From positions 2,336,001 through 2,400,000 of the forward strand of contig OZ244922.1 of the NCBI GenBank assembly GCA_965221905.1: 64,000 nucleotides of DNA, written 5' to 3'. The notes below the pieces were generated by a model. The model searched no databases. It saw only the letters and a program-made list of their open reading frames with translations, and was not told the DNA's origin. The position numbers and the translations under genes are program-made. Position 1 is the stretch's first letter, and each line of letters begins with the position of its first letter. Below, piece after piece: positions 29,461 to 39,701 of the stretch. Source of the DNA: Chloroflexota bacterium. Lineage in GTDB: Bacteria > Chloroflexota > UBA11872 > VXOZ01.

Positions 29461-29596
29461 CCCTCCAGAGCCCTTAGCTTCCCTTCATCTTGCAGTTGCC
29501 AGGCACTCTAGATTCCTCTTCGTTCCACTCATCGGAATGACCTGTGACCGTTCTCGAGTCTCTTGGCACTTGGTCAGGCCTGACTTGCCTAGACCC

Positions 29597-30835
29597 TTAG
29601 AGCTGCACCCAATTCCCCTCCTGAACCACCAAACGCCCACCGCGCATCACTCCCCGCACGTCGGTCAGGGCCTCAATGCGATCCGCCACGTCCCCATTGA
29701 GCAGCACCAAGTCTGCCACCTTGCCAGTCTCAATCGTCCCAACCTCGTCCTGTAGCCACATTCCTTCCGCCGCGCGTCCGGTGACGCGAAAGATGACTTC
29801 CACCGGATCCAGCTTGAGCGTATGGCATGCCGCCACCAGTTTCTCCGGGAACGTAGCAATGTCCATCCCTAGATGGTCGCTGGAAAAGTACGATTTGCAT
29901 CCGCGCCGCTCCATATCTCGGATGAGATCGAAACGATGCTCTACCGGATCGGGGCCTTCCCAGCCAGTCACCGTGCCGTCGCGGTCCGCGATGCGCGGCA
30001 ACGTGGCAAAGACGTTCAAATCAACGAAGATTCCTTTTTCACCCGCTTCCTGCGCAACTTCAGGCACGTAGACGACAGACCCTTCCACCGACCCCAGCCA
30101 GTTGCAGTGGGCCAGAGCGTCCACGCCCGCGCGCACTGAATTCACGATACCCTCAGTGGCGTTGACGTGCGCGACGACTCGCTTGCGCAGCCGATGCGCG
30201 TCCTCCACCGCCACACGCATCTCCTCTTCGGAATACTGCGCCCGGTAGCGGTTGGTGGGAGGATCGGAAGCGCCGCCCGTCGCCATGATCTTGATGAAGT
30301 CCACGCCGCGAAAGACGAGCTTCCGAATCGCAATCTTGATCTGGTCGGCGTTGTCGGCCAATTCCTCAATACCCAGGTAGTGGCCGTGGCCCGCTGTTGT
30401 AGTGACACTGGGGCCGGCGGCAAGGATGCGCGGCCCGACTACGCCGCCTTGATTGATGGCATCACGCACGAACAACAACACATCGCCAATACTGCCGCAG
30501 TCGGCGAGCGTAGTGAGACCGGCTGCCATAGCAGCCCGCGCCGCTTGCAGGGTGTAAAGCGCAATGGCTTCTCTTGGGGCATCTACACCGGGATATGCAG
30601 GATCATCTCCATGTACGATCGTAAGGTGGGCATGGCCGTCGATCATACCGGGAATGAGGGAAGCGCCCGCGCCGTCGATCTCCTCCCAACCCGAGCGATC
30701 CGGTAATGCGGAATCGAGCTCTTGCCGAGTGCCCACAAAGACTATGCGTTCATCTTCGATTACTACGCAGGCATTGCGCTGGGCTTCGACTCCCGTGCCA
30801 TCGATCAATACGTCCGGACAAATCAGTGTGGGCAT
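29597..30835 (-). CDS. Metal-dependent amidohydrolase (Xaa-Pro dipeptidase/imidazolonepropionase-like)
   Basis: IPGMIDGHAH, IKIMATGG, VAHV, G.IE.GKVADLVLL.GD. Confidence 0.9.
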   Translation of the reverse strand: MPTLICPDVLIDGTGVEAQRNACVVIEDERIVFVGTRQELDSALPDRSGWEEIDGAGASLIPGMIDGHAHLTIVHGDDPAYPGVDAPREAIALYTLQAARAAMAAGLTTLADCGSIGDVLLFVRDAINQGGVVGPRILAAGPSVTTTAGHGHYLGIEELADNADQIKIAIRKLVFRGVDFIKIMATGGASDPPTNRYRAQYSEEEMRVAVEDAHRLRKRVVAHVNATEGIVNSVRAGVDALAHCNWLGSVEGSVVYVPEVAQEAGEKGIFVDLNVFATLPRIADRDGTVTGWEGPDPVEHRFDLIRDMERRGCKSYFSSDHLGMDIATFPEKLVAACHTLKLDPVEVIFRVTGRAAEGMWLQDEVGTIETGKVADLVLLNGDVADRIEALTDVRGVMRGGRLVVQEGNWVQL

Positions 30836-31212
30836 GGCGAAATCTCCTTAGTCAGGCGGATTGTTGTCGATGGGTTACCGAACTGGGTCGCGCGAGGCGC
30901 GGCACTTGCGTTGCCAATGAAGGGACGTGCTAGTATCTGCAAGTACCATCCAACCGCACTGCGTGTCCGGCACACCTCATCCTACCGTACACGGCGAATG
31001 CTACTCTAGTGTATGGTATCTCCAGGATTTGCACACCGCGTTCATAGCGGCCCCTCGCTGCAGAAAGATGCGCATGTGAATCTAAGCAGGCATGCGGTCT
31101 AGGCTGTCTGGAGGCTGAAGTCTGCAAGAGTCCGGCTTGATCTGAGTAGCTATCGTAACCTCAATGCAAAGCACGGCAATGTTACAGCATCGTAGAGGAG
31201 GGATTTTGCATT

Positions 31213-32355
31213 ATGTCCGAAACAAGCTTGACCGATCCTCGAACAGTTGGCATGGACTCGGCTCAGCTCGAACGCGCCAACGCGCTCATCGCGGGCTGGA
31301 CTGAGAGCGGCTTCATGCCTGCCGCAGTCCTGCACGTGGCCCGGCACGGCAAGACCGTCGCCCACCGCGCATTTGGACGCATTACCCAAGCGCCGGGTGG
31401 GCCGCCGGCGCAGCAAGACAGCATTTTCATTATTGCTTCAATCTCTAAACCGGTGACGTATACGGCGCTGCTGCGGCTGGTTGACGAAGGATCGGTCAGC
31501 CTCAGCGATCCGGTCTCGCGGTTCATCCCGGAGTTTGCGGATCAGTCGTCGACGGAGGCACCGGATCGGAATGCGGTACAGATTCGCCACATCTGCACGC
31601 ACACATCCGGCCTGCCGGATATGGTGCCAAATAACGTGTTGCTGCGCCGCCAACATGCGCCTTTCGAGACCTTCATCGAGCATATCTGCAAGGTTCCGCT
31701 GCTCTTTGCGCCGGGCACAAACATCTCCTATCAGAGTGCGGGCACGGCCCTAGCTGCGGAGATTGTGCAGCGCGTGCGCAGAAAGCCGCTGCGACAAGTG
31801 CTCGCCGCCGAGGTGTTCGAACCGTTGGGCATGACCGACACCTCGCTCGGCTGGAATCCTGAAAAGGAGTCGCGCATTGTGGAAGCCACGCAACCGTCGC
31901 ATCTCACCGGTTCCGACTACGATCACAACAGCCTTTACTGGCGGGAATTCGGTGCGCCGTGGGGCGGACTCTTCTCTACGGTTGGTGATATCGGTCGCAT
32001 TATAGAGATGTACCGCCAAGGCGGAACCTTGGATGGCGTGCGTATCCTCAGTCCTGCGACCGCATCGGCTATGCTCAGCGAGCAATCCGATGCCATGCCC
32101 GGCATACCTTCCGCAACAAAACTCCAAGAGGGCTGGGGACTGGGCTTCCGGCTCTACCGGCGCGCCAATCCCATGTATTTTGGCGATCTCTTATCACCGG
32201 GCTCGTTCGGCCACACCGGCTCCACCGGCACTTTTGCCTGGTGTGATCCCACCAAGGGGCTGAGTGCCGTCTTCTTCTGCAACCAACTCCACGAGCGAGT
32301 CCAGCACAAGTTTCAAACACTTAGCAACACCATAGCCGCCGCCGTGCGCGACTAA
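31213..32355 (+). CDS. Serine hydrolase, beta-lactamase/AmpC family
   Basis: IASISK (SxxK), THTSG, PG...SYQS, FGHTGSTG. Confidence 0.92.
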   Translation: MSETSLTDPRTVGMDSAQLERANALIAGWTESGFMPAAVLHVARHGKTVAHRAFGRITQAPGGPPAQQDSIFIIASISKPVTYTALLRLVDEGSVSLSDPVSRFIPEFADQSSTEAPDRNAVQIRHICTHTSGLPDMVPNNVLLRRQHAPFETFIEHICKVPLLFAPGTNISYQSAGTALAAEIVQRVRRKPLRQVLAAEVFEPLGMTDTSLGWNPEKESRIVEATQPSHLTGSDYDHNSLYWREFGAPWGGLFSTVGDIGRIIEMYRQGGTLDGVRILSPATASAMLSEQSDAMPGIPSATKLQEGWGLGFRLYRRANPMYFGDLLSPGSFGHTGSTGTFAWCDPTKGLSAVFFCNQLHERVQHKFQTLSNTIAAAVRD

Positions 32356-32381
32356 CCCGTGACTTTGCCCAGGTATCGGGC

Positions 32382-32413
32382 TTTACAGAAACAACTATGC
32401 TCACTATTATAAT
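32382..32413 (+). promoter_or_regulatory. Putative promoter of the cadC-cadA operon
   Basis: TTTACA-17-TATTAT (overlapping TATAAT) in an AT-rich island upstream of the ArsR gene. Confidence 0.55.
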
Positions 32414-32451
32414 TAAGCATATACGCAAATGAATAATTGAGGAAGGTGGAT

Positions 32452-32856
32452 ATGGACCAGGGTCGCATACTCGATGCTTGCCTCGACGACACACTCCATC
32501 CCGACAAAGCTGCTAAGGTGCTGGCTACCGCCTTGCGCGACGACCAATACGAGGAGCTTGCCACCTACTTTCGCGCGCTAGGAGAGCCGAGTCGCGTCAG
32601 GCTGCTCCACTGCCTCCTCGATGCAGAGCTTTGCGTCTGTGATCTCGCCGCTCTATCTAACCTTTCGGTTGCGGCAACCTCACAACATTTGCGCACCTTG
32701 CGCAACTTAAATCTCGTAAAGCGCCGCCGGGAAGGCAAGGTCATGTGGTATTGCCTTGCAGACGAGCATATACGCAGCTTGCTAAGCGTCACGCACGAGC
32801 GTCTTGCCCTCGGTCAAGCTCGCCCTGTGCCAAACGCAGTTCTAGCCGGAGAATAG
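32452..32856 (+). CDS. cadC: ArsR/SmtB family metalloregulator (CadC-like)
   Basis: FRALGEPSR, ELCVCDLA, SQHLRTLR, RREGK..Y.LADEH. Confidence 0.9.
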   Translation: MDQGRILDACLDDTLHPDKAAKVLATALRDDQYEELATYFRALGEPSRVRLLHCLLDAELCVCDLAALSNLSVAATSQHLRTLRNLNLVKRRREGKVMWYCLADEHIRSLLSVTHERLALGQARPVPNAVLAGE

Positions 32857-32861
32857 ATCCC

Positions 32862-34793
32862 GTGACTCGCTTTGCAAACTCGCCTCTGGCGGAGTTACTT
32901 GAAGAGACCGAAACTCGACTCACTCTACTTTCCGGTCTGTTTCTTGCCGCCGGCATCGTCTCCAGTCTTGTTGCAGCACCGTCATTGGTGCAGATTGGCT
33001 TGTACCTCACCGCCATAGTGGTCGGTGGCATACCCATCGTGCGTGAAGCGTGGGAAGCCCTGACTGAAGAACGGCGGCTCACCATCGACTCGCTTGTAGT
33101 CATTGCCGTGGTTGGCGCGGTGATGTTGGGGCAATGGTGGGAAGCGGCGGCAGTAGTATTTCTCTTCTCGTTTAGCGAAATGCTCGAGGACTTCACACTC
33201 GATCGGGCGCACAACGAAATCCACGCGCTCATGGAGCTTTCCCCGGAGGAAGCCCGCGTCAAAGTTGATGGGTGGGAATCAACCGTACCGGTTGAGGATG
33301 TTGCAGTGGGCATGATCGTTGCGGTGCGACCGGGTGAACGCGTGCCGGTAGACGGCGAGGTGCTAACCGGAGACTCTACGATAGACCAGTCGGCAATTAC
33401 GGGCGAGAGCGCACCGATCACAAAGTCAAGCGGTGATAGTGTCTTTGCGGGGACCATCAACCAGCAAGGGTATCTCGAAATCACCACAACCCGTCCGGCG
33501 GCGGAAAACGCAATTGCCCGCATCGTGCACCTGGTCGAAGAAGCACAGAGAGAGAAAGCGCCCACAGCGCAGTTTATCGACCGCTTTGCCGCCTACTATA
33601 CGCCAGCCATTGTCATCTTTGCTGTGCTCGTTGCCGTTGTGCCCTGGCTGGCATTCGGCCAGCCGCTGCAGGATTGGGTGTATCGCGGCCTGGTCTTGCT
33701 CCTGGTCGGCTGTCCCTGTGCGCTCGTGATTTCCACGCCAATCTCGATTGTGGCCGCCATTGCCCGCTCTGCACGTTCCGGCGTACTGGTTAAGAGCGGC
33801 GCCGTAATGGAATTGCTCGGGCAGGCTAAAGTGATTGCATTCGACAAGACCGGCACGCTCACCCGGGGTCAGCCCGAAGTGACCGACATGGTTCCATTCC
33901 TCGAATACAGCGAAGCAGACGTCATTCAGATGGCTGATAGGTTGGAGCATCGCTCTGAACATCAGCTCGCTGCCGCAATCCTACGCCACGCAGAGCGTGC
34001 GGATTCAGGAGAAGGAAACGACCATCTCCACACGGAGGAAATCCAAGAGTTTGAAGCTGTTGCCGGGAGAGGCGTGCGCGCTAGGGTAGACGGCACTGTC
34101 TTCCTTTGCGGTAGCCCCGACTATCTCTATTCGCTCGGCTATGACATCTTCTCGCACCAAGAGGCAATCTCAAGCCTACAGGACGCCGGAAAGACCGTGC
34201 TCATGGTGGCAAAAGACAAGCACGTTGCAGGCATGATTGCAGCCATGGATACACTTCGGCCGAACGCAGAGCCCACTCTCAATGCAATTGGCAATCTGGG
34301 CATTTCACACATGGTAATGCTCACGGGCGATAGTCAACCAACGGCGGCTGCGATTGGACGGCAACTGCCGGTAAAAGACGTGTTCGCCGCGCTGCTACCT
34401 GAGCAGAAGGTCTCTGTGATTCAAGACCTGGTGCAATCACACGGCAACGTGCTTATGGTGGGAGACGGCGTAAATGATGCACCCGCTCTTGCCAGCGCCA
34501 CCGCGGGCATTACGCTGGGCGGCGCCGGCACTGACGTGGCAATGGAAACTGCGGACGTGGTCTTGATGGGCGACGATCTCTCCAAGATTCCATCCGCCCT
34601 TCTGCTCAGCCGCAAGACTATGACGGTGATTAAGCAGAACATCACCTTTGCTTTGGGCATCAAGGCGCTTGTGCTGCTGCTCACGCTCTTCGGGCTAACC
34701 TACCTCTGGATGGCAATCCTCGCGGATGTTGGGGCTACCGTTGTGGTAGCAGGCAACGGGCTGCGCCTACTCCGTTCGTCCGATTCGAGCTAG
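32862..34793 (+). CDS. cadA: Heavy-metal (Zn/Cd/Pb) P1B-type ATPase
   Basis: TGES, CPC, DKTGT, SEH(Q), MLTGD, GDGVNDAP; GTG start 32862 just after the regulator. Confidence 0.95.
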   Translation: MTRFANSPLAELLEETETRLTLLSGLFLAAGIVSSLVAAPSLVQIGLYLTAIVVGGIPIVREAWEALTEERRLTIDSLVVIAVVGAVMLGQWWEAAAVVFLFSFSEMLEDFTLDRAHNEIHALMELSPEEARVKVDGWESTVPVEDVAVGMIVAVRPGERVPVDGEVLTGDSTIDQSAITGESAPITKSSGDSVFAGTINQQGYLEITTTRPAAENAIARIVHLVEEAQREKAPTAQFIDRFAAYYTPAIVIFAVLVAVVPWLAFGQPLQDWVYRGLVLLLVGCPCALVISTPISIVAAIARSARSGVLVKSGAVMELLGQAKVIAFDKTGTLTRGQPEVTDMVPFLEYSEADVIQMADRLEHRSEHQLAAAILRHAERADSGEGNDHLHTEEIQEFEAVAGRGVRARVDGTVFLCGSPDYLYSLGYDIFSHQEAISSLQDAGKTVLMVAKDKHVAGMIAAMDTLRPNAEPTLNAIGNLGISHMVMLTGDSQPTAAAIGRQLPVKDVFAALLPEQKVSVIQDLVQSHGNVLMVGDGVNDAPALASATAGITLGGAGTDVAMETADVVLMGDDLSKIPSALLLSRKTMTVIKQNITFALGIKALVLLLTLFGLTYLWMAILADVGATVVVAGNGLRLLRSSDSS

Positions 34794-34980
34794 CATCGAG
34801 CCGCTTGCCGTTGGCAGCGAGTTCAAGCCAAGATATCGAGGGCAGTTCCGGTCTCGCTCTACCATCCCCATGCAACCTTGGTATCATGTTCGCAACATGC
34901 AGGCTGAAGCGCTGTACAAGTAATATCGCAGCAGCCTCAGTTGCCATGGCGAGAGCACTATTCTAGGAAATGAGCCCACG

Positions 34981-35388
34981 ATGACATCACAAGCAGAAGG
35001 ACATCTCGGACAAGCCGACCAGGAGCTGAAGCGTGCCAGCAAAGGACGCATAGAGGCAGTGCTAAGCCTGCTGGACACCGGCGAACAGCAACTCTACGTG
35101 CTGCACGTGCGGCTTCTCCCCCAAGCACGCACCTTGCGGCGGCGTTTCCGCGAAGTGGACGCATTGCGCTTGATGGGCTTCACGCCGCGGCCGGAGTGCC
35201 ACTACTTTCCCTATCAGTGCTTCTACGCCGGATGCTACTACCGGGAACTTGGGATTGCTCCCGATGATGCGACGCGGCAGCGTTTTGAGGAAGTCTTTGA
35301 CAAGTCGCTAGATTCCCTAGCGGAAGCCATCGAGCACATCTTGGCCGGCGCCTGGCTCGCGGAAGATATCGGCTTGCCCCTCAAGTAG
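34981..35388 (+). CDS. Hypothetical protein
   Basis: 135-aa ORF with protein-like composition filling the gap; no recognised motif. Confidence 0.55.
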   Translation: MTSQAEGHLGQADQELKRASKGRIEAVLSLLDTGEQQLYVLHVRLLPQARTLRRRFREVDALRLMGFTPRPECHYFPYQCFYAGCYYRELGIAPDDATRQRFEEVFDKSLDSLAEAIEHILAGAWLAEDIGLPLK

Positions 35389-35455
35389 CTTTCTCCAAGT
35401 GAGAGCGCAATCGCCCATCATGCGCTACCCCATTAGGAACTTTACGAGCGCCGTG

Positions 35456-36043
35456 CTAGTACGAGAATTGCGGTTCCCAGTCGCCTGGGCCGTCACGCAA
35501 GAGATCGAAAAGGTGCCAGACACCGCAGTAGAGATCGCCGGGTCCGAAGAAATCCCGGGATACGCGCACGATTGATCCCCCTGCATTCCTATGGAATACA
35601 GACACACCCGGCATGGCGTGTGAGTCGTAGTGCTCTTGCTCTGATCCGAACCCCATATCCTCGATGAACGTGGTGCCTGCGGCAGAGTACATCCGAAACC
35701 GCCAACCACGTTTCTTGGCAATGTCCTGTTGGACTTTGGGATGGTTGGGAGACACGACTACAAATGCTGCGCGGCTCTCCAGGTGATGCAGCACGCCGTT
35801 GAACTCGTCAGCCCACATTGTGCAATAGGGGCAACCCGATCCCATATTGTGGACCAGGATCAAATCAGACTTATCGCCAAACATCGCTGAGAGCTTCACC
35901 GCGCCGTCCAGACCCTTAAGCTCGTAGTCCTCTACGGGCTCCGGGGGCATCTGGCGGCGCAACTCAGCCAGCCTTTGCTTCGCCTTCTCCAGATCTTCCA
36001 ACGCCGCGACAAACTGGGTTTCCACGTCACCCAAAGTCTTCAT
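35456..36043 (-). CDS. DUF899 family (thioredoxin-like) protein
   Basis: LRRQMP..PVEDY, L.AMFG....LI..H, GCPYC..WAD, PGVSVF. Confidence 0.88.
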   Translation of the reverse strand: MKTLGDVETQFVAALEDLEKAKQRLAELRRQMPPEPVEDYELKGLDGAVKLSAMFGDKSDLILVHNMGSGCPYCTMWADEFNGVLHHLESRAAFVVVSPNHPKVQQDIAKKRGWRFRMYSAAGTTFIEDMGFGSEQEHYDSHAMPGVSVFHRNAGGSIVRVSRDFFGPGDLYCGVWHLFDLLRDGPGDWEPQFSY

Positions 36044-36175
36044 ACGGCTCCCCCCTTGCTGACACTACATACCCGTACTTCCTACGGGGCTGTTTGTTGC
36101 AATTCTGAGTTTCTTAGATCGCCGCTCACCAACACTGAGGTCGACAGCGTGTCCCGAAATTGACCCGATCTTCGC

Positions 36176-37960
36176 TTATTTCTTTCCCTTGTCGGCTTGC
36201 GCCAAGTAGAGCCCAATGACCTCCTGCACTGAGGTTGCATCCTCGGGGCCGCGGTCTTCGCGCACAAAGCCGACAACTCGGGGAAAGCGCAGCGCATACC
36301 CCAGTTCGTCTCCTTGGTGCTTGCCACAGGTGTGGGTGGGACTGCGCGTAATTTCGTCGGCCTGAATCTCGACCACATGGGTGGGATTGGTCCAGACGTC
36401 AGGTGCGACCTCGGCTTCCACCCGCGCCGGAATATGATCGGTTTTCTCTTTGTCCAGCATCGCGCGCATCTTCACCCACTCTTCCTCTGAAAATCCGGTG
36501 CCGAGACGTGAAATCGTCACGAACAGATCGCGGCCCTTGTCGTACACGCCAAGCAGCAATGCCCCGATGCCGAGCTTCGAGCGCGCTCCTTTGCCATACC
36601 AGTAGCCCAGGACGACACAGTCGACGGTATCGGATAGCTCGCCCTGGTAAGAGCGCTTCATTTTGATCCAGTCAAAGCTGCGGCGGCCGGCTTGGTAGAG
36701 CGAGTCCAGTTTCTTGGCCATCACCCCTTCCAGACCGTGTTCCACTTTATCGGCAAAGAACGCCTCTATGGCTGCCACGCTGTCGGTCTCAATATTCTCG
36801 GTAACCTGCAAGATCGGTCCATCGTTCAGGAATCCCAGCAGCTTCTCCCGTCTATCGGTATAGGGCTGTCGTGTCAGGTCTACACCATCGAGGTAGAGGA
36901 GATCGAAGAGCACCAAACGGAGGGGGAGTTTCTCTGCCATTTCATCTACGTTATGCTTGCGCCGCCGTTGGGTTGTCATCTGGAAAGGGAGAAAGGCACC
37001 GGTCTCAACGTCATACGCCAGGGCCTCAGAATCGGCAATGAACGTGTGGCCGGCTGCCTGCTCGCGCACGGCTGCAACCACGTCAGGAAACATGCCGCTG
37101 AAGTTTTCCAAGTGGCGGGAATACATGGTGACGTTCTCGCCGTCGAAGTGCACCTGACACCGAATGCCATCATATTTTGGTTCCACAGCGCAGCGTCCCA
37201 GACGCACCACAAGGTCTTCCATGGACTTCACTCGTTCCGATGCGGCGGGAATAACCGGCGTGCCAACCGAGACATGGATCTGCTGCTGTAATCCGTCTAC
37301 GCCAGCGTGCCAGTAGACCTTCGCAACAGTAGCCAAGTCTGCGCAGATACCGTATGCACGGTCGAGTGCGGGACGGTGATCTTTGGAGGCCGTACGCGCA
37401 AACGAGAGCGCATCCATGACCGTGGGATCCCCCACGCCCAGCCGCAAGCGTCCCAAAGGGATTCGCAGCAAGTAACGCACCTCCTGCTTTCCAACCTGGC
37501 GTATCAGGTCGGCCAGCAGCGAGATTTTCTTAGCAACGGAGCCTTCACCTTCAGTCAGAGCGATGTCTGTCAGGCGTTCAAAGACTTGCACCACCGTGAG
37601 CGTGCCCTGATCACGCTCGATGAGCTCTTCCGCCACCGCTCCGTAGTCGCCAATCTCACTAAAGCGTCGATGCACATCTTCTAGGGCCGCCCCGGTACCT
37701 TCTGCCACCGCCTCGGCGGTAAGTCGCTCCCCCATGCCAAACTCGATGGGTGCGTAGAGCGGCGCGACACGACCCTGCAAGAGATAGATCACCTTGTCCA
37801 CCTCTTCCGGGCGGGTCTTGATGAAGAGGTCGGCCAGCAATTTCATCATGCTGATGCGACTGCGTGTGGCATCAAGTTCCGCAAAATAGGCGGTCAACTG
37901 ATGGAATGTGAGAAAGGCTTCTTCTCTAGCTGCTTCGGTGGCAACAGCGGTCGAGGTCAT
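36176..37960 (-). CDS. lig: ATP-dependent DNA ligase (LigI type with DNA-binding domain)
   Basis: EPKYDGIR (adenylated lysine), EGVMAK, WIKMK, ALRFPR; N-terminal DNA-binding domain. Confidence 0.96.
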   Translation of the reverse strand: MTSTAVATEAAREEAFLTFHQLTAYFAELDATRSRISMMKLLADLFIKTRPEEVDKVIYLLQGRVAPLYAPIEFGMGERLTAEAVAEGTGAALEDVHRRFSEIGDYGAVAEELIERDQGTLTVVQVFERLTDIALTEGEGSVAKKISLLADLIRQVGKQEVRYLLRIPLGRLRLGVGDPTVMDALSFARTASKDHRPALDRAYGICADLATVAKVYWHAGVDGLQQQIHVSVGTPVIPAASERVKSMEDLVVRLGRCAVEPKYDGIRCQVHFDGENVTMYSRHLENFSGMFPDVVAAVREQAAGHTFIADSEALAYDVETGAFLPFQMTTQRRRKHNVDEMAEKLPLRLVLFDLLYLDGVDLTRQPYTDRREKLLGFLNDGPILQVTENIETDSVAAIEAFFADKVEHGLEGVMAKKLDSLYQAGRRSFDWIKMKRSYQGELSDTVDCVVLGYWYGKGARSKLGIGALLLGVYDKGRDLFVTISRLGTGFSEEEWVKMRAMLDKEKTDHIPARVEAEVAPDVWTNPTHVVEIQADEITRSPTHTCGKHQGDELGYALRFPRVVGFVREDRGPEDATSVQEVIGLYLAQADKGKK

Positions 37961-38470
37961 TGGGATATTTCTCCCTGGCTACGGCTGGAAGCTATGAACT
38001 GGCAGTAATCTCAGCGGCGCGTGCAACGATCATGTTGATAGGTGCTCATCGGAAGTGTCCCATATCTATGCCTGCGTGCCGATTGCTGCCGCAAGCAGAG
38101 GTAGTGCATCCAAATCCCGCGACTCTTCCAGATTATTGTGCATCAGCGGGCTACCGCTTGTTAATCGCTGTGCAGTCCAGTGCAAGAGATAATTGCAAAC
38201 CAACAAGAGAGGACTATCGACTTCGCAAGCTATGAACGTTCACTGTGAGGGAGTGTGGGGGAAAGGTACTGAATTGCATAGATTCTACCATAGTTCATTA
38301 TTGCTCCCGTGACGCCGTCACGCTTGAAGTTAGCCTTCTGCCTCCGGTCAATTGATCTGAAATGGGGCTAGTCCAAGGTTCAGCGAATGTGGGGGCAATT
38401 CTTGGCGCAAGGGCGAGACTGCGGTATCGTAGAAGCAACTGGATCAAAGGAGGGAGTTACAAAGCAACGT

Positions 38471-39601
38471 ATGGCCGGATCTTTTCGGCTGGGGCACGTC
38501 TTTGGCATACCGCTTACGATTCACTATACGTGGCTCATTGCAGCCGGTCTGGCCACCGCCTCCCTATCCGTCGTCATCTTTCCGTTTGCGCGTCCAGGCT
38601 TGGCAGCACCCGTTTATTGGTTGGTCGGCGCCGTCGGCAGCGGTCTATTCTTTAGCTCAGTTGTAGCCCATGAGCTTAGTCATGCGCTTGTGGCCCGGCA
38701 CTTTGGCATCCCGGTGCGCGGCATCACGCTCTTCATATTCGGCGGGGTTTCCACCATGGCGCGCGAAGCGCGGAAGCCCGCGCACGAGTTGCTCATTGCC
38801 ACCGCCGGTCCCGCGTGCAGCCTCTTGTTATGCGTCGCGCTCTTCATTTTGCAGCGCCTCTTGCTGCCCCACTGGCTGCTTGGCAGCCGTGTCATCCTCT
38901 ACCTGAGTATAGCGAACCTCTTTCTTACACTCTTCAATCTCATACCCGCTCTTCCTTTGGACGGCGGGAGAGAATTGCGCGCCGCACTGTGGCATTTCAC
39001 CGGCAACTTTCGGCTCGCCACCAAAGTCGCCGCTTCGCTGGGACATCTACTCGCCTTTGCCCTGATTGGGTTTGCTATCTATCGAATTGCCGTCCACACC
39101 GATTGGGTACAGGGCGGCTTGCTCATCGTGCTCGGCCTCTTTGTCCACAACGCGGCGGAAATGGCACAGCAGGACGCCCAAGAACGCGACTTGCTCTCCG
39201 GTCTAACCATAGAGGACGTGCCCAAGAGCAACGTGGCTTATGTTGCACCCGATACGCCGTTGCAGACACTGGTCTATGAATACCTATTAGCGGAAGACTC
39301 GCCCCCAAGCGTTCTCGCCGTCATGCGCGATCGCACACTCCTTGGCGTAGCCACTGCGAGAGAGATTCGGGGCGTCGCTAGCGTCCATTGGTCCCACACG
39401 CAAGCCCAAGACGTCATGAAAGAGTATTCGGCTGAGGAGTTTTTGACACCGTCGACCTTGCTTGAGGACGCATTGGAACACATGGAAGTGGAGCACCTGG
39501 GCCACGTGATCGTGGCGAACGGGGAAGAGGGAGGCGTGGAGGTGGTTAGCTACAATGACATGATCCGCTTCTTGCATCGCAGGCAACACGCCCTGCGCTA
39601 G
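38471..39601 (+). CDS. M50 site-2 protease with CBS domains
   Basis: HELSH, AGP, FNLIPALPLDGGR, C-terminal CBS pair; start ATG 38471. Confidence 0.94.
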   Translation: MAGSFRLGHVFGIPLTIHYTWLIAAGLATASLSVVIFPFARPGLAAPVYWLVGAVGSGLFFSSVVAHELSHALVARHFGIPVRGITLFIFGGVSTMAREARKPAHELLIATAGPACSLLLCVALFILQRLLLPHWLLGSRVILYLSIANLFLTLFNLIPALPLDGGRELRAALWHFTGNFRLATKVAASLGHLLAFALIGFAIYRIAVHTDWVQGGLLIVLGLFVHNAAEMAQQDAQERDLLSGLTIEDVPKSNVAYVAPDTPLQTLVYEYLLAEDSPPSVLAVMRDRTLLGVATAREIRGVASVHWSHTQAQDVMKEYSAEEFLTPSTLLEDALEHMEVEHLGHVIVANGEEGGVEVVSYNDMIRFLHRRQHALR

Positions 39602-39701
39602 CTCCCTCGCTTGAACATTCGTGTAGCCGACCTTCGTGGAACAATACTCATAGTTAGCACGAGAGCCTTTGACCGCTGGGAGATAGAGAGAGAGTTGCCT
39701 G

